Positions 14,763 to 26,792 of a stretch of DNA of 64,000 bases are shown here, one piece after another. The stretch lies in contig NW_003526948.1 in NCBI RefSeq assembly GCF_000181795.1, positions 1,806,785-1,870,784 of the forward strand, read 5' to 3'. The DNA comes from Trichinella spiralis (lineage: Eukaryota). Position 1 is the first letter of the stretch; each line of letters starts with the position of its first letter. The translations under genes and the position numbers were made by a program. The notes under the pieces are model-generated. The model worked only from the letters and a program-made list of their open reading frames with translations. It had not been told where the DNA came from and did no database searches.

Positions 14763-15356
14763 TTATATATCATCAAAATTTGGATGCAGATTTCCTAACA
14801 CATGCAGAATTAATTCTCTTTCTTGAATAAGACGAACTTCGACTTCTCGAATCTATAAAATCAATATACTTTAAATGTACTAAACAGTGCAATATAAAGT
14901 AATTAAAAAAAGCTACATACGCATTTATAAAATAAACATAATAAAAATGAATGCTATAAAATTAGCAAAAGTAACAAAGTGCATGCAAAGAACAAAAAAG
15001 ATTATTATCAGAAAATCTAAATAAATCGATTCATATTTGCAAATTGAAATAAAATCAAAATACCTGATTAAGTAATGAAATAATTAGCTGTCTTTGATTT
15101 TCTGTAAGAGCGCTATGGCAATGTAACATTGACAAAATAAAATTAGTTTTTTCTTTGTAATCTAAACAGAAATATTTGTTTAAAACGGTGATCAAGTGAA
15201 ATGCAAATTTAAACACATGTAAGGTAAAAACGTATTACTACTGAAAATTCATTCACAACAGTATTTTGAAACATTATCAAACTCAGACATACCTTCCACC
15301 ATGGAGTCTAAGTTAGACAGTTTGTCCATAAAAAAGTAGTAAACCAAATTACTCAT
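14763..15356 (-). CDS. Orphan 83-aa protein, copy A (exons 15356-15293, 15161-15064, 14852-14763): MSNLVYYFFMDKLSNLDSMVEDYKEKTNFILSMLHCHSALTENQRQLIISLLNQIREVEVRLIQERELILHVLGNLHPNFDDI
   Basis: Three exons with canonical GT/AG sites join into an open 252-nt frame. Splice positions and phases match copy B. The N-terminus could extend if an upstream exon exists. Confidence 0.7.
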
Positions 15357-15500
15357 AGCGTAGCTATAAATAAATACTGTAAACATATAATGTATCACAA
15401 GAGAAAAACGTTCAAAGCTGTACAAGCTATTAAGAGTTCATTTCATGAACTATACTATTCGAAAATATAGAACCGCCAAAGCTATACTGATTTCATGGAG

Positions 15501-15776
15501 TACTCTGATTTCAAACGCTCCCATTTTCACAACTCTGCCCCCTTTGTGTAGTTGCCTGCTCACCCATAGCTTGTATGGCGTTTGATCAGTAATTGGTAAT
15601 TGAATAATGCTATTTTATTAGTTATTCAGTTTTGATCAGCAATTATACCTCAGAAGTTAATAAATAACAAACATAGCATGACCCAATCACCAACTGCTGA
15701 TCAAACGCCATACAGCCTATCTGCGAACAGCAAATCAGAAAAATTCGGTCGAATTTTAGGAGGTGAAATCAGAGTA
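15501..15776. mobile_element. Foldback MITE-like element (Tc1/mariner-type TA ends)
   Basis: Ends are TActctgatttca (15501) and tgaaatcagagTA (15764-15776). An inner imperfect 48-bp inverted repeat lies at 15566-15613 / 15673-15720. The element is absent at the equivalent site of duplication unit B. Confidence 0.75.
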
Positions 15777-16884
15777 AACCTAATTCTTTTTCAACATAAA
15801 ATAGTGAAAACATAGAACATTCTGCATTTTTCTACTCAAGGCAACAATCGAATACAGCAGGTTTCATTACAATAATGAAATTAAATGATACAGGAAAGCA
15901 ATAATAAGGAAGAAAACACTGAATCATGTTCCATTAATGAAGAACAACTGATAAAAGCACTGCCTATAAAATAATTTTGTTAAAGATCAAATGAGCATCA
16001 TCAATATAAATAGTAGGAAATGCAATTTTGCATGCTTTTCAGTGTGAATGTGCAAAGTACAGTATAATTTAATAATCAAGAAACAAATATTGAAAATATA
16101 AAAAAATGGAATTTAACTGTTATAATGAGTGGATGCATTATTATCTCATTTTATTGCATTTATCATGTTCTAACCACTTGTGCCATATATCAGGCAATAC
16201 ATTTTTAAACTGTAATTTGATAAATGGGGTTACAGTGAGCTCAGCATTACTGAAAAGTAGGCATTGATGATTGGCTGCTTTAATAATGCTGTTATGCAGC
16301 TTTAGTCGATGACTGAGAAGCGTAATTAGATCAGACATATCATTGGGTGATTGGTCAGATTTATTCATTTTAATCTATTTTCATAATTTCATTATTGCTG
16401 AACATATCCGTCTGAAAAGTTTATAATTTCAGCACCATGATCATTGGCTATCAGTACTGATTTTTAAAGCGAAAAGATTATAAAATTAAAGCAGTGGACA
16501 TATACACAAATAGCGTAGGAAAAGAGCACTGCTAAATGGACTTTTACAGTCAAGCTCGACATATAAACTAAAACTGCATTAACTAAAAATGTTGGAAATA
16601 TTAATCAATAAAACTGGAGGATTATTTAACCAATAAAAGTCAAAATATTCTCTATAAATAAACATATCAATTTTACTGAAGATAAGCATGATGCTGAAAC
16701 AATTATTCTATACAGCCTTTTACAACTTGTCATAAAATGTAGTTATTCATTTTTGATTCATTTTCAATGATAAAGTTGCACAATTGTCAATGAACAGCAA
16801 AAAAAACATTCAAAAAACAGTTTTCTCATTAAAAGCAACATGGCAGTTTTATGAATCTTTACTTCTCTACATTATCAGATTTTA

Positions 16885-17479
16885 TCATAACATATCATGA
16901 AAATTTGGATTTAAATCCATTAAAATATGAATGACCAACTGCTTTTCTAGAAAAATGTTTCTTTCAACTTCTTGCGCCTATAAAATTAATATGCATTAAA
17001 TATACTAAAGAATGCAATGTAAATGAATTGAAGAAAATCTGCATATTGACTTAAATAATAAATATAATAAAAATAAAAGTTATAATAGTAGTGAAAGCAA
17101 CAAAGCTCATGCAAAAATACAAAAAAGATTATTATCAGAAAATCTAAATGAATCAATTCATATTTACAAATTGAAATAAAGATATAAAATACCTGCCGAA
17201 ATAATAATAAAAGGTAGTGTTTTTGCTCTCGATTAACATGATGACTACGGAGCAGTTGCAAGGCAGGATTGGTTCTTTCTTTGTAAACTAAACAGTTAAT
17301 ATTTAAAACCATGCTTAATTGCAATGCAAATTCAAACATTTGCCAGATAAATACTAATTACCACTGAAAATTCATTCACAACAGCATTATGAAACATTAT
17401 CAAACTCAAACATACCTTCCAAAATGGAATTCAGGGAATTCAGTTTGTACAAAAAAAACTGATAAATCAAATCACTCAT
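16885..17479 (-). CDS. Orphan 83-aa protein, copy B (exons 17479-17416, 17287-17193, 16977-16885): MSDLIYQFFLYKLNSLNSILEVYKERTNPALQLLRSHHVNREQKHYLLLLFRQAQEVERNIFLEKQLVIHILMDLNPNFHDML
   Basis: Open spliced 252-nt frame with the same exon structure as copy A and about 40% amino-acid identity by manual alignment. Confidence 0.72.
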
Positions 17480-18774
17480 AGCGGAGCTATAAATTAAGAG
17501 AATAAGCTTATGGTGTATCAAAAAATCAACAGTCAAATATTCATAATCAAAAAACTAATTTAGCGTGTAACTCATTTTCAACATAAAGCAGTGAAATAAT
17601 GAGGCATTCTGAGTTTTTCTAATCAACGCAACAATCAAGTATAGCATGCTTCATTACAATAATAAAATTAAATGATACAGCAAAACAATGATAAAAACAA
17701 AAACATTGATTTCCGTTCCATTCTTAAATAACAACTGATGAAACCACTGCCTATGAAAAAGTTTTGCTAAAGAACAAATGAAAATCATCAACATAAATAG
17801 TATGAAATATTACTTTTGCATGTTTTTCATTGTCAAGGTGAAAATTACAGTACATGTAAAATAATAATCAGGAAGAAGATTTTCAAAATATCACCAAACT
17901 GGAATTTAGCTGTTAAAGTGAACGAATGCTTTATTATATCATATTTTGACCGTTGTGTCATAGATCGAGCAAAGCATGTTTAAACTGCGTTTTCATAAAT
18001 GGGGTTACTGTGAGCTCAGCATTACTGAAAAGTAGGCATTTATGATTGGCTGCTTTGATAATGCTGTTAGGTAGCCTTGCTCGATGATTGAGATGCGTAA
18101 CTAGGTTAAACATATCATTTGCTGATCAAATAGAGTTCATTGGTCAGATATACCAGTCTGATTTTGATGTCGCATTGTTTTGTTTTCATCATTTACTTAT
18201 TTCTGCTTCAATCTTTGCTAAGAACTGAAATGTTCTACTTCGTTATTCTTTTCCATTGGTATCACCAACGAAATTAAAAGGTCTCTTATAATGGTGCCAT
18301 ATTTAAGGTGTTCATTATTATTTTTTAAATTTACTTTAAGATTTTAAGATTTTTTATGACTTCTGTATTCAAAATTTTATTAACTGCCATTTAATTTATA
18401 GGATTTTAATTTTACATTTCATGCATTCATCAACGCGACTTTGTTTTTGCCATCATTTTGCATTTCATATAATATCATAAGTGCGCATCCTCACTCACTG
18501 AATCAGGTATTTTAATTTCAGCAGTCAATACTTTTACATGAATTATTCTATTATCATTATTATGCTGCAGTATCTTTGCTCACAATCAATCTTATCCCTG
18601 ATTTACCTACAGTACATAGAGATTGATGTACTGTATTGCTGATGAGGTTTTATATTCACCAATAAAACTTTGCTATTTATTTTGATAAAGGAGAAAGGTG
18701 GTTTTGTAAAATACGACTAGTATAATTATTGGAATTTCTTTAGTGATACTGAATCATTCAGATTATATTACATT

Positions 18775-19434
18775 ATGGCGATTGTGCGTTTTATCATCAT
18801 TTGTGTCACATTTTTTTCTATTATGGAAAATGAGGTTTTTACCACAAATACCTCAGAAATTTTAAGAAATGATCCACAGATTTCTTGTGATGAAGTAATG
18901 ATCCAGTGCGGCTTTGACTGCACTTTCTCTCCACAATTAACAGGTAAGCGAAACATTAATTTTATCCGCATAGGATAATTCAATAAACAGTTGGAATATT
19001 TTTATATTGATAAAGGTCATGATAATGGCACCAGAGCTGGTAATTATACTACAGCTGGTTATAATACCATATGTATCAATAATACCAGAGTTTTGAATAA
19101 TACCAGAGCTGAAAATGTGTCTCAGGAACAGCATCACAGCCCTTATTTTTATTTTACAATTGAAGGACTACCTTCTGATGTGACAACCGCAGAGGTTTCC
19201 CGATTGTTATGGAATATGGCATTGGTATATATATGCAGATTATTGCTCCTTATTATTTAGTTTCGATGTAAATGCATTATTTCATTTTAGTCTCCACATT
19301 TTCATTTCCAAAACCGACAAAATGAAATTGGCCCCTATGCTGAAGCTGTTGCCGTTTATCACAATGAAACTGAAGCGCAGTGGTGCCGTTTACGTTTTAG
19401 GAATGTACTGACGTTTAACTTCAACACTACATAA
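18775..19434 (+). CDS. Putative secreted glycoprotein with N-x-T repeats and an RRM-like C-terminal domain (exons 18775-18943, 19016-19224, 19291-19434; 3' end uncertain)
   Basis: Hydrophobic N-terminus MAIVRFIIICVTFFSIM. In-frame GT-AG joins. FYFTIEGLPSDVTTAEVSRLL resembles RRM beta1/alpha1, and AEAVAVYHNETEAQWC resembles beta3/alpha2. Confidence 0.6.
19021..19122 (+). repeat. Degenerate 18-bp coding tandem repeat (5-6 units)
   Basis: gataatggcaccagagct / ggtaattatactacagct / ggttataataccatatgt / atcaataataccagagtt / ttgaataataccagagct / gaaaatgtgtct. Confidence 0.8.
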
Positions 19435-22202
19435 ATTATTAAATCTGAATGATTTGATATTATGTAAATATTTTATATAATAAATGCATCACTAACCTGC
19501 GATTATTTCGCCATTTATTATTTCATTGCTATTATATTTAATCAGAAATTTTTATAACCCTATAATTTCTTCAACAATTACCTACATTTCATAATTATGT
19601 ATACTCAACGCATTAAATTAGTAGGGTGTCGATGTCAGCTCCTTGCATTGTAATGAATGAGTTAGCATTACTATTCTTATTTTTTCTGTTCGATATAAAA
19701 TGTTTAGACCAGCTCAAGGAAATCTCACAAGTCACATATTATACGTTGGTAGAGCATTCCGTATAGTACTACTAGTTGTAGAGCTAGCTGCCACTGAAAT
19801 TCCACAAAAGGAGGAAGTTACGTTTTCCACAGGTATGCTCACAAAACAAAAGATTACTTTGCAAAACTTTCTGCTAACATAAAGATACCCTTTGTCTAAG
19901 TGAGCAGAACTTCCAGAATAAATGAACTACAATAGAGGTACCATAAAGCCCTCATGAAATCCATTCGTTTTTTTACTGCTTCGTGTAGTGCAGACTTGTA
20001 TATGCTTGCTACATAATGATCTTGTACTGGTCCTAAGACTCGTCTCATGGACATGAAGTGACAGTGGGGATGCCAAGTGATGTTAATAATGCAATTTTGT
20101 GTAATATAAGGAGCAGCAATGATAAAGCTATGAGAGGACAAGCGCTACCAATACTCGTTCACATGAGAACTAGACACTCAAACTGACTCAGTGCAGTTAC
20201 TAACTCACACACAATCTCTGGTATTGTTTAGACAAGGCAAGAAGTTTTCCATAATGTTCATGCTAACTATGTGTTGTTTATGATATTCACTTCATTTTTT
20301 AAACAATAATTAAGTGAAAAATCAATACTACATCAGCAACGTAAGGAAATCGCAAAAAGAATCAACAGAGAATTTTGTTATTCTGTTCTCAACAGTGACA
20401 CTTTGCAGTGGTGATGATGAGGACATGAAAAATTCAGCATTAAATAGTATATGCTCTAAACTTGCTCATCCCGCACACGATGTTTGTTTTATTTAATACA
20501 TTGGCTCAATAGAACTTGCTTGCTATTCAGAGGCCATTTATTCCACAACTACTTGGCAACTCTGCATGGCACTATCGTTAATTAATGCAAATGTCTACCA
20601 AGCAGAAAAAGAGAAAATTTTCGCTTTTCAAAATTTTTTCAAAAAGGCTTTTCACTGATTTTCGCAGAAAGCTAGTCTATGCCCTATGAAATTTCCATAT
20701 TTTCAAGAAATACTTTTTTATCATAAAATGAGTTGTATCGATTTGAATCGATCAGAAAAGATTCGAGAACTCTTACAACCTTATTCACACCGTTCTTTGT
20801 AGCGTACTTTTTGTGCTTTGGTAATTAAAGTGAAATCAAAAAATGGTTCTGTGATTGATTTCGCTTCAGCGTTAAATATTATCCAAAATTATCAGGTTGG
20901 AACGAAATTATCATGAAATATGACCATTTTTCTCTTCTTTAAATAACAAAATCACAAACTGGAAATTTTGCCAAATTTCTCAGAAAATCATCGACTGCGA
21001 GATAATGAAAATTTACATACCTTTAATTAGCACAACCTTCATTGCGCTTATGAATAAAGTATTTTGTAATTCGTCGCGCTTTTTGGGCAGCATGGAATTA
21101 GTTTTATTCAGATAGCACGTGGATACCAATAAAGATTGGAATAAATACCAAGCATGAGCCGATTAATTTGTGATGAATAGTGAATTTATTTAATGACGTT
21201 GAAGTTGTTATCAATGTTTACCGCCGCTACTACCCTTAAGGCTAATTATGCAGAGCGGCGCACCATCATTTTTACCTAGCGAAAGTGAATTAAAATTGTC
21301 ACACATTTGGTATCAATGAAAAGCTAAATGAATAATAAAAATTATAGATAATGGGAATGGCATTCCACGAAAAATTAAAGATAAAAATGATAACAATTCT
21401 AGCTGTTAAAAATTTTGAAAAGCATTAATTGTCAAAAATCAAAAACTTTGCATTTAAAGCGTTGCAATGATGTATTATAATTCTATGTAACATAAGTTGA
21501 AATATTTTAAAAATCAGTTTTTTTTGCACATCAAAATATTTTGATTTTATTTGGTAATTTCAAATATATTATAATATTTCAAATGCTGATAGTGACAGTC
21601 ATGCACTATTAACTATTATAAGTGGCAATGTAAAGCATATACATTTTAAAAAGTATTTGAAGCAAATTAAATTAAAATATTCATTAAAATATTATATTAA
21701 TAATCAAAAATATTAACAAATTATTAAAAAGTATTCAAACAGGACAAAAATAGACAATGGAATTTTCTCACCATTCAACAGAAGCAGGGAGTAATGGCAT
21801 GTTGGTGAAGTGCTGCACGATTATTTGTTATGTGGTCACTAAGAAAAGTTTACGCATCATACAGGTGGCGATACAATCAACTAGCAATCGCGGGAAGGAA
21901 GTTTCATTCAGCCAATTAAATTCAGATTGAAAGAGCCAATCAAAGATGCGTCTTTTCATTTGCCAATTGCTTTGGCTGATTATTTCAAATGCAGTATTAA
22001 CAAAAGTCATTAATTAATTCATAAATATTATAGTTCATTTTAAAATGTCACTGCAGATTAAAAATTGAATATTCAAAATAATTTCTCATATCAAACGTAG
22101 TCATGTTGTACCTTATTATTATTGAAGTATTCTGTATTATGTTTTCTTCCTCAACATTTTTCTGTTTCCGTCATTTCGATTCACTTTGAACATTTTCCAA
22201 GT

Positions 22203-23632
22203 ATGTCTTTGTTGCAGTGTTATAATAAAGGATGCGGACAAAAGTTCGATCCAATGAAAAATGCAGACGGTTAGTAAAAAATTTTGTTATCTGTTTATCT
22301 AAGAGTTTTGTTTAAGATGCGTGCACGTACCATCCAGGTGATCCATTGTTTCACGACGCATTTAAAAAATGGTCATGCTGCAGTCGTGGATCCACTGATT
22401 TCAGTGATTTTCTCAGTTGCTTGGTAAGTTATTTGTTCATTTTGTCTGAAATACACCTCTATTTTCGCTTTATAATTTTTACAGAAAACATGTTGCAAGT
22501 TACAAGTTGTACATAGTATTTTATAGGTGATAAAGTAGATGTAAAAATATGTAAAATTTTATCAGAATAACACTTATATAGGGTTGTACTAAAGGACCAC
22601 ACAATCCAGTGAAACCAGAAGAGCCACCAAAAAAACGGACAGTTTCAGATGTTGAAGTGATCATTTATTTAACTGGCCATAGATTTGCATAAGTGATATA
22701 ATTCAATTAATTTCAGTTTAGTAAACCAATGGAAAATGTTGCTTGTCGACCGAAGAGAAATTCTACAGAGAGTGAATTTAAACATTTGAGTTTTAATGTT
22801 TCAAGTGAGTTGGAAAAACAGCTTGAAGAGTACACAGCATCGTTGGATTCATCTAAGGAGGAGCGGGATGTAGAAGCTATTCCGATTGGGACGACGTGCA
22901 CACGACGAGGTTGTTCAGAGGTGAAAGAGAACGTTTTTTTTTCAGATCATTTTGAATATGATTTGCAAAATGATAAAAATTGCAGACATACGAAAATGCA
23001 GATAGTTTCAAAAAAGTGTGCACTTATCATCCTGGCACGCCCGTCTTCCACGAGGGTATGAAATATTGGTCTTGTTGTGAGAAGAAGACATCGAACTTTG
23101 ACGACTTTTTGAATCAAGTTGGATGTGAAACTGGAAAGCACGATTTCAGTGTTCAGGTTAGCGTCATATTTTTTATTAATTCAACGGAAAATAAAAATAC
23201 CACTTTTCTTTTCACAAAGATTACTTTTGATTTTCATGCTTTTCATTTTTTTGAAATAGGAAGAGCATAAACGAAGCAAATGCCGATTTGATTGGTTCCA
23301 AACGGCTGATAATGTGTATGTGAATGTGTACGCGAAGTTGATCAATCCTACGAAAACTGAAATTGCAACAAGCGATCAAACTCTGCGTGGAAAAGTTTAT
23401 TATAACAACCAGGATGACATTTTCGAACTGAACATTCCTTTGTGGGCAGTAATGCTAATAAATAATTAATACTGAATATCAATATTATTCACATTGAAAT
23501 GTTTTTATATTAATTTAGCCGGTGATTCCGTCGGAGAGCGTCGTGAACATATCGTCATCTAAGCTGGAGATTGTCTTGCGTAAAACGGAAAAGTTTCGTT
23601 GGAGCAATCTGCATTTTGACGAAAATAAATAA
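22203..23632 (+). CDS. CHORDC1: Cysteine- and histidine-rich domain (CHORD) protein, HSP90 co-chaperone (2 CHORD + CS domains), multi-exon
   Basis: [33 protein letters not shown]; second CHORD CTRRGC...[22 protein letters not shown] domain CRFDWFQT. Confidence 0.93.
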
Positions 23633-24671
23633 ATAAATAAATAAATAATTGAAATAAAGTATTTTGAAGTGTCGAAAGTCATTAAATTATGGATAGTCGA
23701 AATGTTGTTGTTCTGATTACTTTTTCACTTGTCTATTATACTCGCCTTGAATTGTAAATTTGCTGCTAAGGTTGCTATTAGCAAAGCTAATTATGATACA
23801 TTTGCTACGTGAACTTGAATTATAAAATTTTTGAACGACCTTAAATCAGAAATATCTAATTGAGAAATACAATACTATCTATCCATCACGAACGTGTGAA
23901 CATTTTTGAGAAATTATAAAGAACTGTATACTTTTTATAAAATGTTTTATTGCGCATAAACGCGTGTAATTTTATGAATGCATTTATTCAAAAGATATAA
24001 ATTTGTTTCATTTGTCTATTGAAAAGTGCTTGCAAACTTTCAAGCATTACTATCATGTAAATCTTCCATCTGGCCGCAATTCGTATTAAAGTAGTCAGCG
24101 ACAATAATGTAAAAACAATGCTTGCGAAATAATGTACATTTGAATTTTTGTTAAAGTATTAAAAGAAATATATATTTATTTATACATCGTACGAAATAAA
24201 ATTTTAATATTACTTTGCCATAGATATTATTAAAAATATTGTTGATTAACATAATTCAGGTATAAATGGAAAACTGTAATTTTTTTCTAATTCCATGTTC
24301 ACTAAACTTTTATTTTGATCTTAATTTTCAAAAATTTATTAAATTAAATTTTCTCTACAAACAATTTTAACAAATTTTTACAAAGTTGGCGGAACTGATA
24401 TATTTTTTGTGAAATTTCAATTGCAACAGAACTTACTTGAAAGTAATATAAACATTTGAAATAAATAATTAATTTAATTTAATTTTAAAAAGTTAAATAT
24501 AAATAAATTGATGCTTTTGCATCGCCGTCGAATTAACGCATGTTGGAAAGTTAGAGTTGATCTATGATATTCATACTGTAAATAATGGAATAGTAATTTG
24601 TACTTTATTTTTATATATGGTATCTTTGGAAATGTTTGTCTCATTATAGCCGGTTACTCCGTATTGTCCAA

Positions 24672-25973
24672 ATGAACGAACAGGCTGATGATGAGCGATT
24701 TGGCTCGAATTTTTTTCAATCATTTTTTGACCAAGCTCGGGAAAAGGTAAGAAAATTGAACGCAGTTTTCAAATGAAATGGATGCGTTAGTTTTATTGGG
24801 ATCGGCGTTCTGTGTTGTTGATTTTTGTTTTTGCAAACTGTTGCGTTGGATTGGTTGCATTTGACAGTTTTCAATTGTTCAGACGATGTCGACGTTAGCA
24901 CTGGTGAAGCGTGATTTGGTCGAACTTGGAGAAACGTTCCAGCAAGAGGCGTCCTCTTTGATCACAGTGACGGCGAACGTTATACGCGAGCACGCGCCGC
25001 CATTAAATGCCGAAGTGGCCAGCAATTGGATGAAAGCGGTGGTGGATTCGGTTAGCTATGTTTTGTCTGAAAAGGATACCGCAGTCGGCGAGGAAGAGTT
25101 CGAGATTCCAATCGTTGCACCGTTGGACAATGGAAAATATGTAAATTGAATCGGACAGTTGTCATTTTGGTTGTTTGTTGCCAGTTTTTGCTATTCACTT
25201 TTCCAGGACAGTGTCCGTGCGCTGCAGATGGACCCGGAAACGTTTTGCACGGATCCGGAAGGTGCGGCTGAACTGTACGAAGATTGGAAGAGCAATTTCA
25301 ATTTGCGTCATTACGAAGAGGAATGCAAGGAAATTTTTCGAAATTGTCCGTCCGTGCGTCGGATGTATTTGCAATTGGTAATAAATTTGTGATAATAATT
25401 TTTCATTTTTTGCCATCGATCGTTCATTTTTCAGGTTCCAAACGAAATTGACAGTATACAGTTTTGGCAACGGTATTTTTACCGCGTCCATCAGCACCAA
25501 CTGGACAAAGCGCGCAAACGGTACTTTGCCGACGAACAACTGTTCGCTGAGAAGAAGAAGACGAACGATTGGATTTCGCAAGGTTTGCTTTCATTTCTTC
25601 TTCGGCTTATTTGAATTGAAATATTTTAATAATCGGTATTTCAGAAATGCCTGGTGATCTGTCGCAGACAGGGTTGATGCAGTCAGTTGCTTTGTCAGAT
25701 TTTGCCGAATATCCAACTGACGACGTTGAACACAATTCTTCCACAGCGATCATCGCTTCTTCTACAAGTGACGTTGAAAATCATCTTGTCGATGAAATGC
25801 GTTGCATGGAAACGAAATTGTCCGGACCAGTTTGCGTGGCGAAACATGAAAACAGCCAAGTAGTAGCCGACGAAGAAGAATCGAAATCTGACGGGGAAAT
25901 CCATCTGGTCACTTCGTCTTGTAATTTGAAAGTACGGGAAGTTGGGGATACTGTAATTGTGAGCAAAGAGTAA
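24672..25973 (+). CDS. BSDC1: BSD domain-containing protein (BSDC1-like), multi-exon
   Basis: AREK-TMSTLALVKRDLVELGET, LQMDPETFCTDPEG and YLQLVPNEIDSIQFWQRYFYRV (the BSD FWxRYF motif). Confidence 0.85.
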
Positions 25974-26792
25974 ATGTTGTCGAATGAGAGGAAGGAAGCA
26001 GCAGTTGTAAGTAAAATTGTCGTATGTAAAAAAAGCAAAAATTATCTTACTCACGGATGGTGGCTGTTGATGAATCATTCATTATATTTTTGTTTTCTGT
26101 GTGCGTTTGTATGTTCGTTCGGTTGTGAGTGTATGTTTCCTGCATTGCTCAGGGACTGACTTGCTGAATGTTCCGCTTTCACATTTGGTAATTCGCGATG
26201 GATTTCGTCGAATATCGAAAAGAGAACGGTTTGTTTCACAAAACTTTAGTTTTAGCTTCTCTTTTTTTACACCCAGTAGTATATGGGCGGTTTGTTTGTT
26301 TGTTTGTTCTTTTCTTTCTGTATCAAATATCATGTGAATAAAAAATGTTCTCCATTTTTCAATGTAAGCAAGTTGCTTTTTTTTTCTCACATCAAGTACC
26401 GTTGAGCGTCCAGTAGTGTCGTCCACTATTGTGTCAGGATGCAATTGTGATGTGCTTTTTATGCAAAATAAATAAACAACAGGATGTATTATGTACGTTT
26501 TTTCTTTGAAAAGTTCATTTATCATTGAATTTGAATTTGCTGCTGGTGCAAATGTCAGTGGAAAATGAAAAGCCAATAAATTATCGTCAGTGGTTTGCAA
26601 AAATGGAACAGCAACAGGTATATGGGAAATTCGCAATAAGCTCCAACAGCTGAAACAAGAAACGGGTTGGAAGAAAAAAAAATATATATATACTTTTTTC
26701 TTTCCTTTTCACAAGTTATGGTTAACTTGATGGATGGCAGGTTGATGATGCCGGTTGGAAAGAGAGAGACTGGTTGAAAATGATAAAACAAA

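Larger units (their letters stand above)
14330..18150. repeat. Tandem segmental duplication: unit A ~14330-16360, unit B ~16470-18150
   Basis: Collinear near-identical blocks, e.g. gagctcagcattactgaaaagtaggcatt at ~16237 and ~18012, and ctgaaaattcattcacaacag at ~15241 and ~17364. Confidence 0.93.

Noticed and set aside
16141..16368. 75-aa ORF (MNKSDQSP...) with a similar sequence in unit B
   Set aside because: The unit B counterpart has stops and frame changes. The similarity is explained by the duplication itself.
19620..21500. Possible transposon or MITE remnants and short ORFs
   Set aside because: No convincing terminal repeats or transposase motif could be defined by eye, so the region is left unannotated.
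21766..21960. More GC-rich minus-strand segment ending in a good donor (atg|gtgag), head-to-head with CHORDC1
   Set aside because: No downstream exon or homology could be linked to it. It may be a non-coding exon or chance.
26082..26636. 184-aa minus-strand ORF
   Set aside because: It lies in the convergent 3' regions of BSDC1 and MGAT5, has low-complexity composition and shows no motif.
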